64,000 nucleotides of DNA from positions 1 to 64,000 of IMG/VR virus record IMGVR_UViG_3300021440_000015. One strand, written 5' to 3'. Both the position numbers and the translations under genes were made by a program. Positions 27,499-36,696 of this stretch are shown here, in pieces. The notes under the pieces are model-generated. The model made no database searches, had not been told where the DNA came from, and saw nothing but the letters and a program-made list of their open reading frames with translations. The first letter of the stretch is position 1. The number at the start of each line of letters is the position of its first letter. The stretch comes from a virus.

Positions 27499-30189
27499 TT
27501 ACTGAGCTGGTGGTTCTTGAGCAGATTGTGCTTTTTGACCGTCTTGTGCTTGCTCGTCTGTATTTTGAGATGTTTTGTCTTGATCTGTTTCAGGTTTATT
27601 TTCATCTAAAGAAAAATCATCCATACCAGCATCTTGACTTCCAGTATCTTGGAAACTCGTATCGTCATCATCAGATTGTGAGCTATTATCGGTTGGCTGA
27701 GCTGGTTCTGTTCCTAGATTCTGAATGTCGGTATTTGCTTTTTCACGAGCTGCTTTCATGGAATCTATAAACTTAACCGAGGTTTTCACCAAACCTTCTA
27801 TATGAGATTTATTAATGTCAAACAAATTCATATTAGGTTTACCATCTTCATCTTTGGTAACCAAATCAGACAACTCAGTAAGGAAGTTGTTATCAGACAT
27901 CCATTGTCTCAGATAATGCGCCCTTACTATCTTTTTGATAGTATCTATATAGTTGCTGATATCACCTGAAATATCAGTAGTTATAATTTCTGTGCTTATC
28001 CAAGAATCTATAGCTTTGTCTATGGCCTCTTCATATTTGTTATAAGCTTCAAGCTGACTATTAACAGATGTTTCATCAGGTCTTGGAAGGCTTATATCCA
28101 GATATTCCAGATATTTTTCGACGATAAAAAATAAATCACCGTTTTCAACATCTGAAGAATTCTTTTCAACTTCTTCAGAAGCTAGTACTTTCTTAAGGAC
28201 TTTTTTATTTTCAGTAAGAAAGGATATGACATCTTCTTTATAGACCTCATCACAAGAAAGTAGTTTCTTAACGTAATCCGTTATGAAGTAACAAAGAACG
28301 TCTTGATACTGGCTCACCCTTTTTGAAAGAAGTATGTTATTAGACACCACAGTAGTGGCAAAATCCGAATTGAAACCATTATCTATAGTTTCTGGACTCA
28401 GTCCAAACGCCATATAAGTTTGTTTGCGAAGATTTTCATCAAGACTGTCGTCAGGTATTTGATGTTGAATATTTTTAGACTCAAAATCAAATTTAGTCTG
28501 AGGGATACCAGGATGCCCGTCAAAAGTGAATTCAAATCCTGCTCTATTAATCCAATCTACCAGATCAGTAGGTGTGTTAATACCTAAAGGAAGATAGTTT
28601 TGACGCATTTTGAGGACTTCATGCATACCCATCTCTATTGTTTTTTCTGGATCTGGATCATTAGGATCTAGACTCATATTAACATGAGTAAGGTTAATAG
28701 CACTTTTAGTCATTGCCATCACGCGGGCAAATAACAATATAGATCGAATGCTTGTGATGATTTTCAAATCATCAAGTAAAGATTTACCAGTTCCGTTTTG
28801 ATGATACTTAAAAGCAAAATAAGTTACAAACTCTTCTGGTATATAAACCATGGTTGTAAACTTACCAGCTAGGGATCTGGCCAGCATTATTCTGTAAATT
28901 TCTTCATTATCAGAAATTTGATAATCTGCTTCATAAACACCGTTACGAAGTCTGTTAATAAGATTGTTTTCGACGATACTACCGTATACCCTTACAATCT
29001 GTTCTAGGTTATTAGTATCACCGCAATTACTTGCTATAAGGTTTTGTCTGGCTTTTTGTATAAGTCCAGAAGCAGACCCGCCTTGATTGGCTTGTTGCCA
29101 CAGAGACGATAAACTTTGACTTCCAGTTAAATTACTATTAACAGATACTGGGTAGCCTGATGCAGGATCTATCAGAATAAAATAACCAATATGTTTAGTT
29201 TCATCACCTGGTATGTGTATTGGTATAACCGCTTCGCTTGCCACTTTCATAGTAAGCGGTCTACCTATAGACTTTCTACTGGCAGAATTCTTATCGCCAA
29301 CTACAAGCAAATTTTGACTTCTGCCTCTAGAATCACCAAACATAATGTCAGTCATATCACCGTTATGTATGCGAACATGTTCGGTGGCTATTTTTCGTAT
29401 AGCTTTCTTCCTAATAGATTCTTTAACTCTAGAATACTTCAACATGTCTAGATTGTCAGTGATATTTATTTTATCATCAAAGACTTCTGTTTTTCCAGAA
29501 ACAGAATAAAAAAGGGAACCGGATATCTTTTTTCTTTGTGCGGTTGTGAAGATAGACTCTAAACCAATCTTCTGTTCGGATGAGTAATCGCCTAGTATGC
29601 CTATGCCTTGATTAAGCTTAACCTTACCAGTCTCACTTATCAGATCTAAACTTTCTTTTGAAATAGATCTTTGATGTATGATATCGTCAAGAATACTTTC
29701 CGGTAAAACAGCTTTTACATAACTACCTGAGCCGAACAAAGCTTCTCTTATGATAAAAGGTAGTTCTTTTATTATTTCGTAGTGATTCTCTAAATGTTTG
29801 CGAGTTATATCATGCAATCCCATCGTTATTTCAGATGGGAAAATACTATCTTTTAGCTTGTAATTAAGTTCTGTCTTGACCATATCCTTTGGCGATAAGA
29901 TAGAACTCACTAAAATTTGAATACCTAATTCAATATCTGGAAAAAGCTGAATGATATTTTCATTGTCTTTTTTCTTCGCTTTTATCTTATCGGAAATACC
30001 TAGAAATTGACTTTGGTCAATAGCTGAATTCCCATCCTTCATTATTAAAGAAGAATCAGTTCTGTCTCTGGATTTTGTTAACTTACTGACCATAGCAGCA
30101 AGTTGTGGGTTCCGCTGAACCAAATCCACAGCTGGGTAATTTTTACCAGAGTTGATAGATTTGATTACTTCATTTATCTGCTCGCTCAT
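27499..30189 (-). CDS. Portal protein (phiKZ gp129-like)
   Basis: 896 aa; LFPDIELGIQILVSSILSPKDM, EAVIPIHIPG, NGTGKSLL, DPNDPDP; acidic tail. Confidence 0.75.
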   Translation of the reverse strand: MSEQINEVIKSINSGKNYPAVDLVQRNPQLAAMVSKLTKSRDRTDSSLIMKDGNSAIDQSQFLGISDKIKAKKKDNENIIQLFPDIELGIQILVSSILSPKDMVKTELNYKLKDSIFPSEITMGLHDITRKHLENHYEIIKELPFIIREALFGSGSYVKAVLPESILDDIIHQRSISKESLDLISETGKVKLNQGIGILGDYSSEQKIGLESIFTTAQRKKISGSLFYSVSGKTEVFDDKINITDNLDMLKYSRVKESIRKKAIRKIATEHVRIHNGDMTDIMFGDSRGRSQNLLVVGDKNSASRKSIGRPLTMKVASEAVIPIHIPGDETKHIGYFILIDPASGYPVSVNSNLTGSQSLSSLWQQANQGGSASGLIQKARQNLIASNCGDTNNLEQIVRVYGSIVENNLINRLRNGVYEADYQISDNEEIYRIMLARSLAGKFTTMVYIPEEFVTYFAFKYHQNGTGKSLLDDLKIITSIRSILLFARVMAMTKSAINLTHVNMSLDPNDPDPEKTIEMGMHEVLKMRQNYLPLGINTPTDLVDWINRAGFEFTFDGHPGIPQTKFDFESKNIQHQIPDDSLDENLRKQTYMAFGLSPETIDNGFNSDFATTVVSNNILLSKRVSQYQDVLCYFITDYVKKLLSCDEVYKEDVISFLTENKKVLKKVLASEEVEKNSSDVENGDLFFIVEKYLEYLDISLPRPDETSVNSQLEAYNKYEEAIDKAIDSWISTEIITTDISGDISNYIDTIKKIVRAHYLRQWMSDNNFLTELSDLVTKDEDGKPNMNLFDINKSHIEGLVKTSVKFIDSMKAAREKANTDIQNLGTEPAQPTDNSSQSDDDDTSFQDTGSQDAGMDDFSLDENKPETDQDKTSQNTDEQAQDGQKAQSAQEPPAQ

Positions 30190-30210
30190 TAAAAACTCCT
30201 GGAGAACAAA

Positions 30211-32391
30211 TTGGATACAAACTTCTATAAATTGTACCTTGAGGCCAATACGAAGCTTGTGAAAACTATATGCATCAAATCAGAAACAGCAGCTGAAATG
30301 ATGCAGGATTACCTTTTGACTTCGAAAGGTATCAGTAAACCTGACGACAAACGACAATGGAAGTACTACAAAAACATCTGTGGAATTTATCATTCCACAG
30401 ACACAGATATGTATGTCACATCATTAGATACGCTCGAATCCATAGTTTTTTCTAAGGAAAATCTGGTTACTCACTCAGCCACTAAGGCTGCATACGGATA
30501 CGGTAGTAGATACTACTACAGTCTGTTAAAAGATCATCCCGAACAAGAGTTGCTTATCAACGGTATATTGCTACCCGCTGATATGGAAAAAACATTGGCT
30601 TCTCCTGATTGGACCATAGTCAGTTACGATCCCGCTCTTGTGGAACCACAAGAAACCACCCTGATATCCAGAATGCAAAGCTACATCTGGAACTATCAGA
30701 AGAGATGGCATGTACAAGCTTTTGGTTTAACAGATAGTCTATATAACGCAGCTCAGTTTGCCATACTTTGTTTAAACTTAGTCAGCAAGCTTTTAAATCT
30801 AAGAGCTGAGAAATGTAAAACTTTTGAAGCTCATAGTTTTCACATCAGAGAATACCTGACAAGTCATGGTAGATTAGACAGGTATATGCCGTACATGACT
30901 TTCAAACAAGTGATGTTTCTTTATAGAAACATTAACTATTTAGAAAGAAACTCTGGTAAAGTAGAACAGTTCAAACTTCTGATAGAGAAGATACTCTCAG
31001 ATCGAGGCATACCTTTGGCTGAATTGTCTGTAAGACAGTTAGCTGCTTTTGATGATAAGATCTATCCAGAAGTAAGGGTTAGAAAGAAACCTCTTAATCT
31101 AGAGACCAACGTACCTGAGAAAGATTATTTTTCTTTAGATAAGTTGTATGAATACGAAAGACCTACAGCTGTCGGTAATATACCTTATCTGAATGACAAT
31201 ACTTCTACGATTACTCATCTGTTGAAAACCTCTTCCTCTAGTGTGATACAGAGCAAGGATCTTCAGTCGTCTATGCTGGATTACACAGATTCAGTACCTG
31301 ACACCATGGAAGAAGTGTTGGTTAGAACTTGGGTGCAACTGACCAGAATGGGATACTACGATGTATATACATCGTTTAAAGACCCTAAGTCTTCTCAGAT
31401 ATACACAATGAAAACAGCAGATGCTTTCATTTACTATACTTATATCCTACATAAGAGATTTAAGTTAGGCAGTGAATATGTACCTGATTTCATCAATATC
31501 AAGGAAGTAAGGAATCCAAGACCTTCTCTAACTACCATGTTAAAAGGTGTTAAGAAGAAGATCTTTACGGATAAGCCTCAGATAGCACAAGCTTTACTAG
31601 ACGACATGCCACATGTCATACCTGTTTACTCTACAGTTTCTTTTTTGGAATTGGTAAACAGATTGTATAATTCAGTACAGAGACAATGGTTTGTGCTTGG
31701 TAATACAGGCGATATGTTTGATAGAGGTCAGATAGCTGAGATGATCCATACTCTATATAGAGATAAGAGATACAGCTTAGTGCCTACTCAAACTCTCTTT
31801 ACTGATTGGTTATCTGAGAAGAATCTAACTACCTATGACTATCTAGATAGTGAAGCTGATGATCTCATGAAGAACATCTTTATGGCTGCCACAGGCTATG
31901 TCATAGATGAGACTAAGCAGATGGCTAACGTACAGAAAGCCATGATCAGTATCATGGTACAGCTGAGTAGCTATAGCGTACAGTATCTCAGAGAGATCAA
32001 TGACAAAGAAGTCGTACCTGTTAACTGGGCTGCTATCAGAGTAGGGGAAAGACTCTGTACAGTAGGTTTGGAAGAATCTGCTAAGGTAGAAGTCAATGTT
32101 CTTAATACGAATACTGAAGTAATCGTAGATAGAAACATAGAGACTGTAATAGATAAAAACTTTGATGTCTTTGATGTAAGTGTCAGTCTAGATAAAGTTA
32201 TCACTTTGAAAAATGATGCTTTGCTAGAAGGTACTTACGACACAGATGTAAGTTTACTATTCCCAGGACATGTTATGGAAGCTGATTATCCAGGTTATGT
32301 ACCAGGACTATACAGCCAAAAAGGTTATTTAGGACATGAGATCTATGAATCTCTGACTCCTGAAGAAAAGTCAGTTTTAAAATTTGCCTGA
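30211..32391 (+). CDS. Virion structural protein (conserved in phiKZ-like phages)
   Basis: WKYYKNICGIYH, EAHSFHIREYL, FLYRNI, QLSSYSVQ; divergent from portal. Confidence 0.65.
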   Translation: MDTNFYKLYLEANTKLVKTICIKSETAAEMMQDYLLTSKGISKPDDKRQWKYYKNICGIYHSTDTDMYVTSLDTLESIVFSKENLVTHSATKAAYGYGSRYYYSLLKDHPEQELLINGILLPADMEKTLASPDWTIVSYDPALVEPQETTLISRMQSYIWNYQKRWHVQAFGLTDSLYNAAQFAILCLNLVSKLLNLRAEKCKTFEAHSFHIREYLTSHGRLDRYMPYMTFKQVMFLYRNINYLERNSGKVEQFKLLIEKILSDRGIPLAELSVRQLAAFDDKIYPEVRVRKKPLNLETNVPEKDYFSLDKLYEYERPTAVGNIPYLNDNTSTITHLLKTSSSSVIQSKDLQSSMLDYTDSVPDTMEEVLVRTWVQLTRMGYYDVYTSFKDPKSSQIYTMKTADAFIYYTYILHKRFKLGSEYVPDFINIKEVRNPRPSLTTMLKGVKKKIFTDKPQIAQALLDDMPHVIPVYSTVSFLELVNRLYNSVQRQWFVLGNTGDMFDRGQIAEMIHTLYRDKRYSLVPTQTLFTDWLSEKNLTTYDYLDSEADDLMKNIFMAATGYVIDETKQMANVQKAMISIMVQLSSYSVQYLREINDKEVVPVNWAAIRVGERLCTVGLEESAKVEVNVLNTNTEVIVDRNIETVIDKNFDVFDVSVSLDKVITLKNDALLEGTYDTDVSLLFPGHVMEADYPGYVPGLYSQKGYLGHEIYESLTPEEKSVLKFA

Positions 32392-32406
32392 TAAACAAGG
32401 ATCAAC

Positions 32407-33246
32407 ATGGAAAATATCGTACGTACAGTTTACAGCGCACACCTGCAAACAGCTCAGTACATGGATCTGCCTCTGACTATCAAACCCAATAGCACATTGA
32501 ACGAGAAGTTCAACGTACACGCTGGATTGACTTTAGCTGGTGGTGAGTTACCCACACTTAAATATTTGTGTATCGGTAATGGTGGTGTTAGAGTTACGGT
32601 GGGTGCTGACGGTACTCCTAAGACTGAGGTTGTGCAGCATCGTCCTCGTGACGCTGCTTTATATAAACATCTACCTTTTGTTCTGCGACCTATCGCCAAC
32701 GATCTGACTGCTTCTGAGCGTATCAAGTATCGCATGCGTAGATTGGAAACGCATAACGGTGCTACTTACGCTGCTTATTACGCACGTTTGATGGATGTTT
32801 CTTCTACAGTACCTGTTCTTGAATTGAGAACAGTGAACTCTGGTGTAGTTACCAGTGTGGAGTTCTCTCCTAACGTTGGTGATCTTAATCCTACTCCACC
32901 TGCTATAGGCACTGGCGGGGTATTGGTCACTACAGGTGATTACATCGCAGCCAATGCCAAAGTACCTTTTACCATGGGTGTAACTGACATTGAAGAATTC
33001 ATGAACGTATGTAATGTGATCTATGGAGATCCTAACTACGCCATTATCTCTGAGATCGCTTTGTGCTCTGGTGTGGATCGTGTCGTGACCGGTGACTTCA
33101 ACGGTGCATCTATTGGTTACACCGAAGCCATAGCGATGCAGGTTTGTAACTTCATTGGTACATTCTTGCCTATGAACGCCATCAATCGTAACATGACGGT
33201 TATGCTGAACGTGGGTAGCGTTGAACCTTTGCTAACTCTTAGCTAA
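32407..33246 (+). CDS. Virion structural protein (conserved in phiKZ-like phages)
   Basis: NSTLNEK, IGNGG, PFVLRP, AIISEIALCSGVD, GSVEPL. Confidence 0.65.
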   Translation: MENIVRTVYSAHLQTAQYMDLPLTIKPNSTLNEKFNVHAGLTLAGGELPTLKYLCIGNGGVRVTVGADGTPKTEVVQHRPRDAALYKHLPFVLRPIANDLTASERIKYRMRRLETHNGATYAAYYARLMDVSSTVPVLELRTVNSGVVTSVEFSPNVGDLNPTPPAIGTGGVLVTTGDYIAANAKVPFTMGVTDIEEFMNVCNVIYGDPNYAIISEIALCSGVDRVVTGDFNGASIGYTEAIAMQVCNFIGTFLPMNAINRNMTVMLNVGSVEPLLTLS

Positions 33247-33249
33247 AAC

Positions 33250-33285
33250 ATATCTGACTGAGCCACTGAAGGCTCAGTCAGATAT
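33250..33285. terminator. Hairpin terminator
   Basis: atatctgactgagcc actgaa ggctcagtcagatat. Confidence 0.7.
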
Positions 33286-33338
33286 TTACCCTGTTTTTAT
33301 ATGCTATGAAATTGTATTAAATAAAAAAGGTAAGTCTT

Positions 33339-33923
33339 ATGCCTCTAGATATACCTGATGGCTTTAAATCGTATAACATGGTGTCTGTGGATCCAGGGTT
33401 AAATAGAACAGGTGTTTCAGTCTACGAAATTGACATGATGAGTAAGAAAGTGGTTGGTATAACTGCTTTCACTTTGGTTAACGAACATCTTGAAAACACA
33501 ATAGAGTTTGAAGAAGACTATCATCCTGAAAGAGTTTTTAAGTTGTATAGACTTAAGAATGCTTTTTCAAATGTGATCAGAACCTATAACCCTGTAGCAG
33601 TGGCTTGTGAAAGTCCTTTCTATTCAAGCTTTAGACCCAGTGCTTATGCTTCTTTAGTAGAAGTAATAAGTCATCTGCATGATTGTGTCATAACCCATAA
33701 TCACAATACACTCTTCAGAACCATAGAACCTATGGTGGTTAAGAAAACCATAGGAGCTACTATGAGCAGCGATAAAGGTTCTGTTAAGGAAGCTATCCTT
33801 AGGAATCCTTTAATACTACCTGTGTTAAAGGTTAGTTTAGATAGTCTGGATGAACACGCCATAGACTCTATAGCTATAGGCTATACTTTCATTAAGAACA
33901 ATGGAGAAATGAATTTATGTTAA
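33339..33923 (+). CDS. ruvC: RuvC-like Holliday junction resolvase
   Basis: VSVDPGLNRTG, VACESPF, PMVVKK, DEHAIDSIAIG. Confidence 0.85.
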   Translation: MPLDIPDGFKSYNMVSVDPGLNRTGVSVYEIDMMSKKVVGITAFTLVNEHLENTIEFEEDYHPERVFKLYRLKNAFSNVIRTYNPVAVACESPFYSSFRPSAYASLVEVISHLHDCVITHNHNTLFRTIEPMVVKKTIGATMSSDKGSVKEAILRNPLILPVLKVSLDSLDEHAIDSIAIGYTFIKNNGEMNLC

Positions 33924-34432
33924 CCGCTTTATTTGCAGGTAAGAAGTACGGTCTGTACTTGGTTATCATGCTCACTTTTCTGATATCTTTATTCATGTTC
34001 TTTAACATGGATCAGATCAGAGAGAAGTTTGGCTTTGAAACTGTGGCTAGTCTTAAGGTAGAACTAGAGAAACAAAACAAAGTCATAGAAGGCATGAAAG
34101 CAGTTGTTGCTTCTAAAGACAAAGAAGTTAACATACTTCAGAATCGAATCGCTATTTCTGAGAAATTGACTTTGGAATTGACAACTGAGTTAACCCAGCG
34201 TGATAAACGTACTGTAACCATACTGGCTAAAAAGGATAAAAGAATTTCTGATCTTCAGAAATCTAAAGGTATTAAAGACATCGAAGGATTAGACACAGAT
34301 CCTGGTGTTACAGATACAGATGTTGAAGCCTACCGTGAAAAGGCAAGTGAAGTAAATATCGAGGCTTTGTGGGAATCTTTTTGTGATGGAGATGAGAAAT
34401 GTTTCAAATCTGGTACAGCTACTGGCGTTTAA
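33917..34432 (+). CDS. Putative inner-membrane spanin (Rz-like)
   Basis: N-terminal TM, coiled coil, C-terminal Cys pair; overlaps a lipoprotein gene. Confidence 0.6.
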   Translation: MLTALFAGKKYGLYLVIMLTFLISLFMFFNMDQIREKFGFETVASLKVELEKQNKVIEGMKAVVASKDKEVNILQNRIAISEKLTLELTTELTQRDKRTVTILAKKDKRISDLQKSKGIKDIEGLDTDPGVTDTDVEAYREKASEVNIEALWESFCDGDEKCFKSGTATGV

Positions 34433-34728
34433 TGGTGGTGATTTCCACCGTGGGTATTATGGGCTGCTCTACATTTAGAGCTGATCCTGTAACTGTGATT
34501 AAAACTGAATATAGTTATATCACTATTCCTAATGAGTTACTCAAAGATTGTGAAATATCCACCCCACCTAGTAAGACAGAATATATGTCTGCTGGGGATA
34601 AAGGTAGAGAAAGTCTTTTAATTAATCATTCTGTTGCTCTTAACAAACATCTGAAAGATTGTAATAGTCAGATGGGTAAAGCCAGAGACTTTCAACGAGA
34701 TATGCTTAGAAAGCTAGAGGTTAAGTAG
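34399..34728 (+). CDS. Putative outer-membrane spanin (Rz1-like lipoprotein)
   Basis: Lipobox IMGC; IPNELLKDC..TPP; LKDCN. Confidence 0.65.
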   Translation: MFQIWYSYWRLMVVISTVGIMGCSTFRADPVTVIKTEYSYITIPNELLKDCEISTPPSKTEYMSAGDKGRESLLINHSVALNKHLKDCNSQMGKARDFQRDMLRKLEVK

Positions 34729-34729
34729 T

Positions 34730-35443
34730 ATGTCTAAAGACAATCTCAAGGAATACATAAAGAATCAAACTCCTCAGAAGTTGAAAAACTTCACTGTGGT
34801 GGATAAGACACAGACTCTTCAGCCTTTTCTAATACGCATAGATAAGAACCCGCCTGATAGTTTCTATCCTTTAATGCCTTATAAGGCCACACCAGGGGAA
34901 GATAGAACTGTGCCTCGCATAAGTGCTTCTATGAATATAGAGGATTGTCTTAATGGGTATGTAGTTTTTCTGGATGACATTTTAGCTGATAAGACTTTGA
35001 TGGATTCAGATAAGTTCAAAAATGGCTATGTCATTTCTAGACTTGATTTTGAAGCTGCTTTGATACCTGATAAAACTTTGGTACCCGACGCTGATAGAAC
35101 AAGAGAACACTGGATAGTAGGGTATGACAAGGATCACACCAACTTCAATCAGCGTACAGTAGGTAAAATAGTCTTTGCAGATTTACTCCTACAAGGTAAA
35201 GCTGATCAAACAAACAGTAAGATTACGATCACTTGGTTTGTAGAGATAACCAATCCAGAAGGACTTTTTTATAAAGATGATTTGTTCTTACCTAAAGGGT
35301 ATCATAAGCTTGTGGTAGATCACAGTTCACCTAAATGGCAAACTTTGCACACCACGATCTCTGAGAAAGAATTCAAAGAAGTAAAGAAAGTATCTGCTGC
35401 TTTACTTTCTTTAGAACATAAACCAGCTTTTTTAAACTGGTGA
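34730..35443 (+). CDS. Hypothetical protein, possibly head-packaged
   Basis: EDRTVPRIS, LVPDA..TREHWI; C-terminal SLE..PAFLNW. Confidence 0.6.
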   Translation: MSKDNLKEYIKNQTPQKLKNFTVVDKTQTLQPFLIRIDKNPPDSFYPLMPYKATPGEDRTVPRISASMNIEDCLNGYVVFLDDILADKTLMDSDKFKNGYVISRLDFEAALIPDKTLVPDADRTREHWIVGYDKDHTNFNQRTVGKIVFADLLLQGKADQTNSKITITWFVEITNPEGLFYKDDLFLPKGYHKLVVDHSSPKWQTLHTTISEKEFKEVKKVSAALLSLEHKPAFLNW

Positions 35444-35453
35444 AAGGATATGT

Positions 35454-36209
35454 ATGAAATTATTCAACATGTTACAGTTAGCCTTTGAGGATGACACTGT
35501 TAATCAAAGTAAGTTAAACAGTGAAATCGAAGTAGCTATCTATGCTCACATTACCAATCCTGAAGGTTTGAAACAAGCCTCTGAAGTCATCGAACAAGAA
35601 CAAATCGAAAGTGAGTTCATGAACGGTGTCAGATGTAGAGTTAGAAAAGAAATTAGAAACACTGAGACTTCTTATACTTTTACATACAAGGTTAAGAAGG
35701 GCGGTGATAAGGCTCTGCAAAACAACACAGAGTATAATATCGCTATAGATCAAGACTTCTTTGAAGGTTTCAGAAACGTAGCTAAGAAACGTTTAAAGAA
35801 ATCCAGATACGTCTTTCACTCTAAATCTGTAGAGATGAAGTTGGTTAAAGAAGACGGATCTACGACTGTCATTGTCTTGCCTAATCTGACCTATGAAGTA
35901 GATGTCTATAAAAAGAAAGACGGTACTGAGTCTGAATGGTGTAAGATCGATGTGGAGCTAGATAACATACTGCCTTTGATCAATGAAAAGTCTGAGGGTA
36001 AACCTGTTAGGGTTATCTTGAAGGTTTCTCATCTTCCCTTTAAACCTGAGAAAAGTATGTTGGGTAGCTCTCAAGTATCGGCTGAAAAAGAACTCATGGG
36101 TAAGATCTGGGATAATGAATGGAATCTACCACCTTTTGATGAGACTCCTGAAGCTCAGAAAGTATCACAACCTGCTCAGGCACAACCTCTGCCTACACAG
36201 GGGTCTTAA
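35454..36209 (+). CDS. CYTH-like (triphosphate tunnel metalloenzyme) protein
   Basis: ExE (EIE), RCRVRK, TFTYK, KSRY, YEVDVY, KIDVEL pattern. Confidence 0.55.
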   Translation: MKLFNMLQLAFEDDTVNQSKLNSEIEVAIYAHITNPEGLKQASEVIEQEQIESEFMNGVRCRVRKEIRNTETSYTFTYKVKKGGDKALQNNTEYNIAIDQDFFEGFRNVAKKRLKKSRYVFHSKSVEMKLVKEDGSTTVIVLPNLTYEVDVYKKKDGTESEWCKIDVELDNILPLINEKSEGKPVRVILKVSHLPFKPEKSMLGSSQVSAEKELMGKIWDNEWNLPPFDETPEAQKVSQPAQAQPLPTQGS

Positions 36210-36210
36210 C

Positions 36211-36627
36211 ATGTCCGATAATGTAAGTAAGTTCAAAAGTGCTTTACTGAGAATCAAGTCTCATGCTAACGATGATCATGATGGAGATGTGAGGGAAAAC
36301 ATCTTACCTATTTTCGAGACCTTAACTAAGCAAGAAAAGATCGCTATATTGGAAGATGTGGTGGACACTCACTTTGCCGAAGGCGATGAGATAGAAGATC
36401 ATAAAGCTGATACAGTCAGAGCTGAATTGGAATTGCTGAAAGCAAAAGATGATTTGAAGCGCTCTGCTGTGATACGCTGGGCACTTATCAGCGCTACTGT
36501 AGTGACTGTATTAGTGTTTAGTGTAGCAGCCATAAAAGCTATATTAGAACTTAGAGAAGGTGACGACATAGCATCTTTCTTTAAAACTGCTGCTGAGCTT
36601 ATGGCTATACTTTTGGGGTTTAGTTAA
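36211..36627 (+). CDS. Hypothetical membrane protein
   Basis: TM segment WALISATVVTVLVFSVAAI; start moved to ATG 36211. Confidence 0.6.
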   Translation: MSDNVSKFKSALLRIKSHANDDHDGDVRENILPIFETLTKQEKIAILEDVVDTHFAEGDEIEDHKADTVRAELELLKAKDDLKRSAVIRWALISATVVTVLVFSVAAIKAILELREGDDIASFFKTAAELMAILLGFS

Positions 36628-36641
36628 AATAGAGCATAGTC

Positions 36642-36671
36642 CTATACCAGACCCTGAGGTCTGGTATAGGA
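36642..36671. terminator. Hairpin terminator between convergent genes
   Basis: cctataccagacc ctga ggtctggtatagg. Confidence 0.7.
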
Positions 36672-36696
36672 GTTATGTTTTTATAAGTTAAATATA

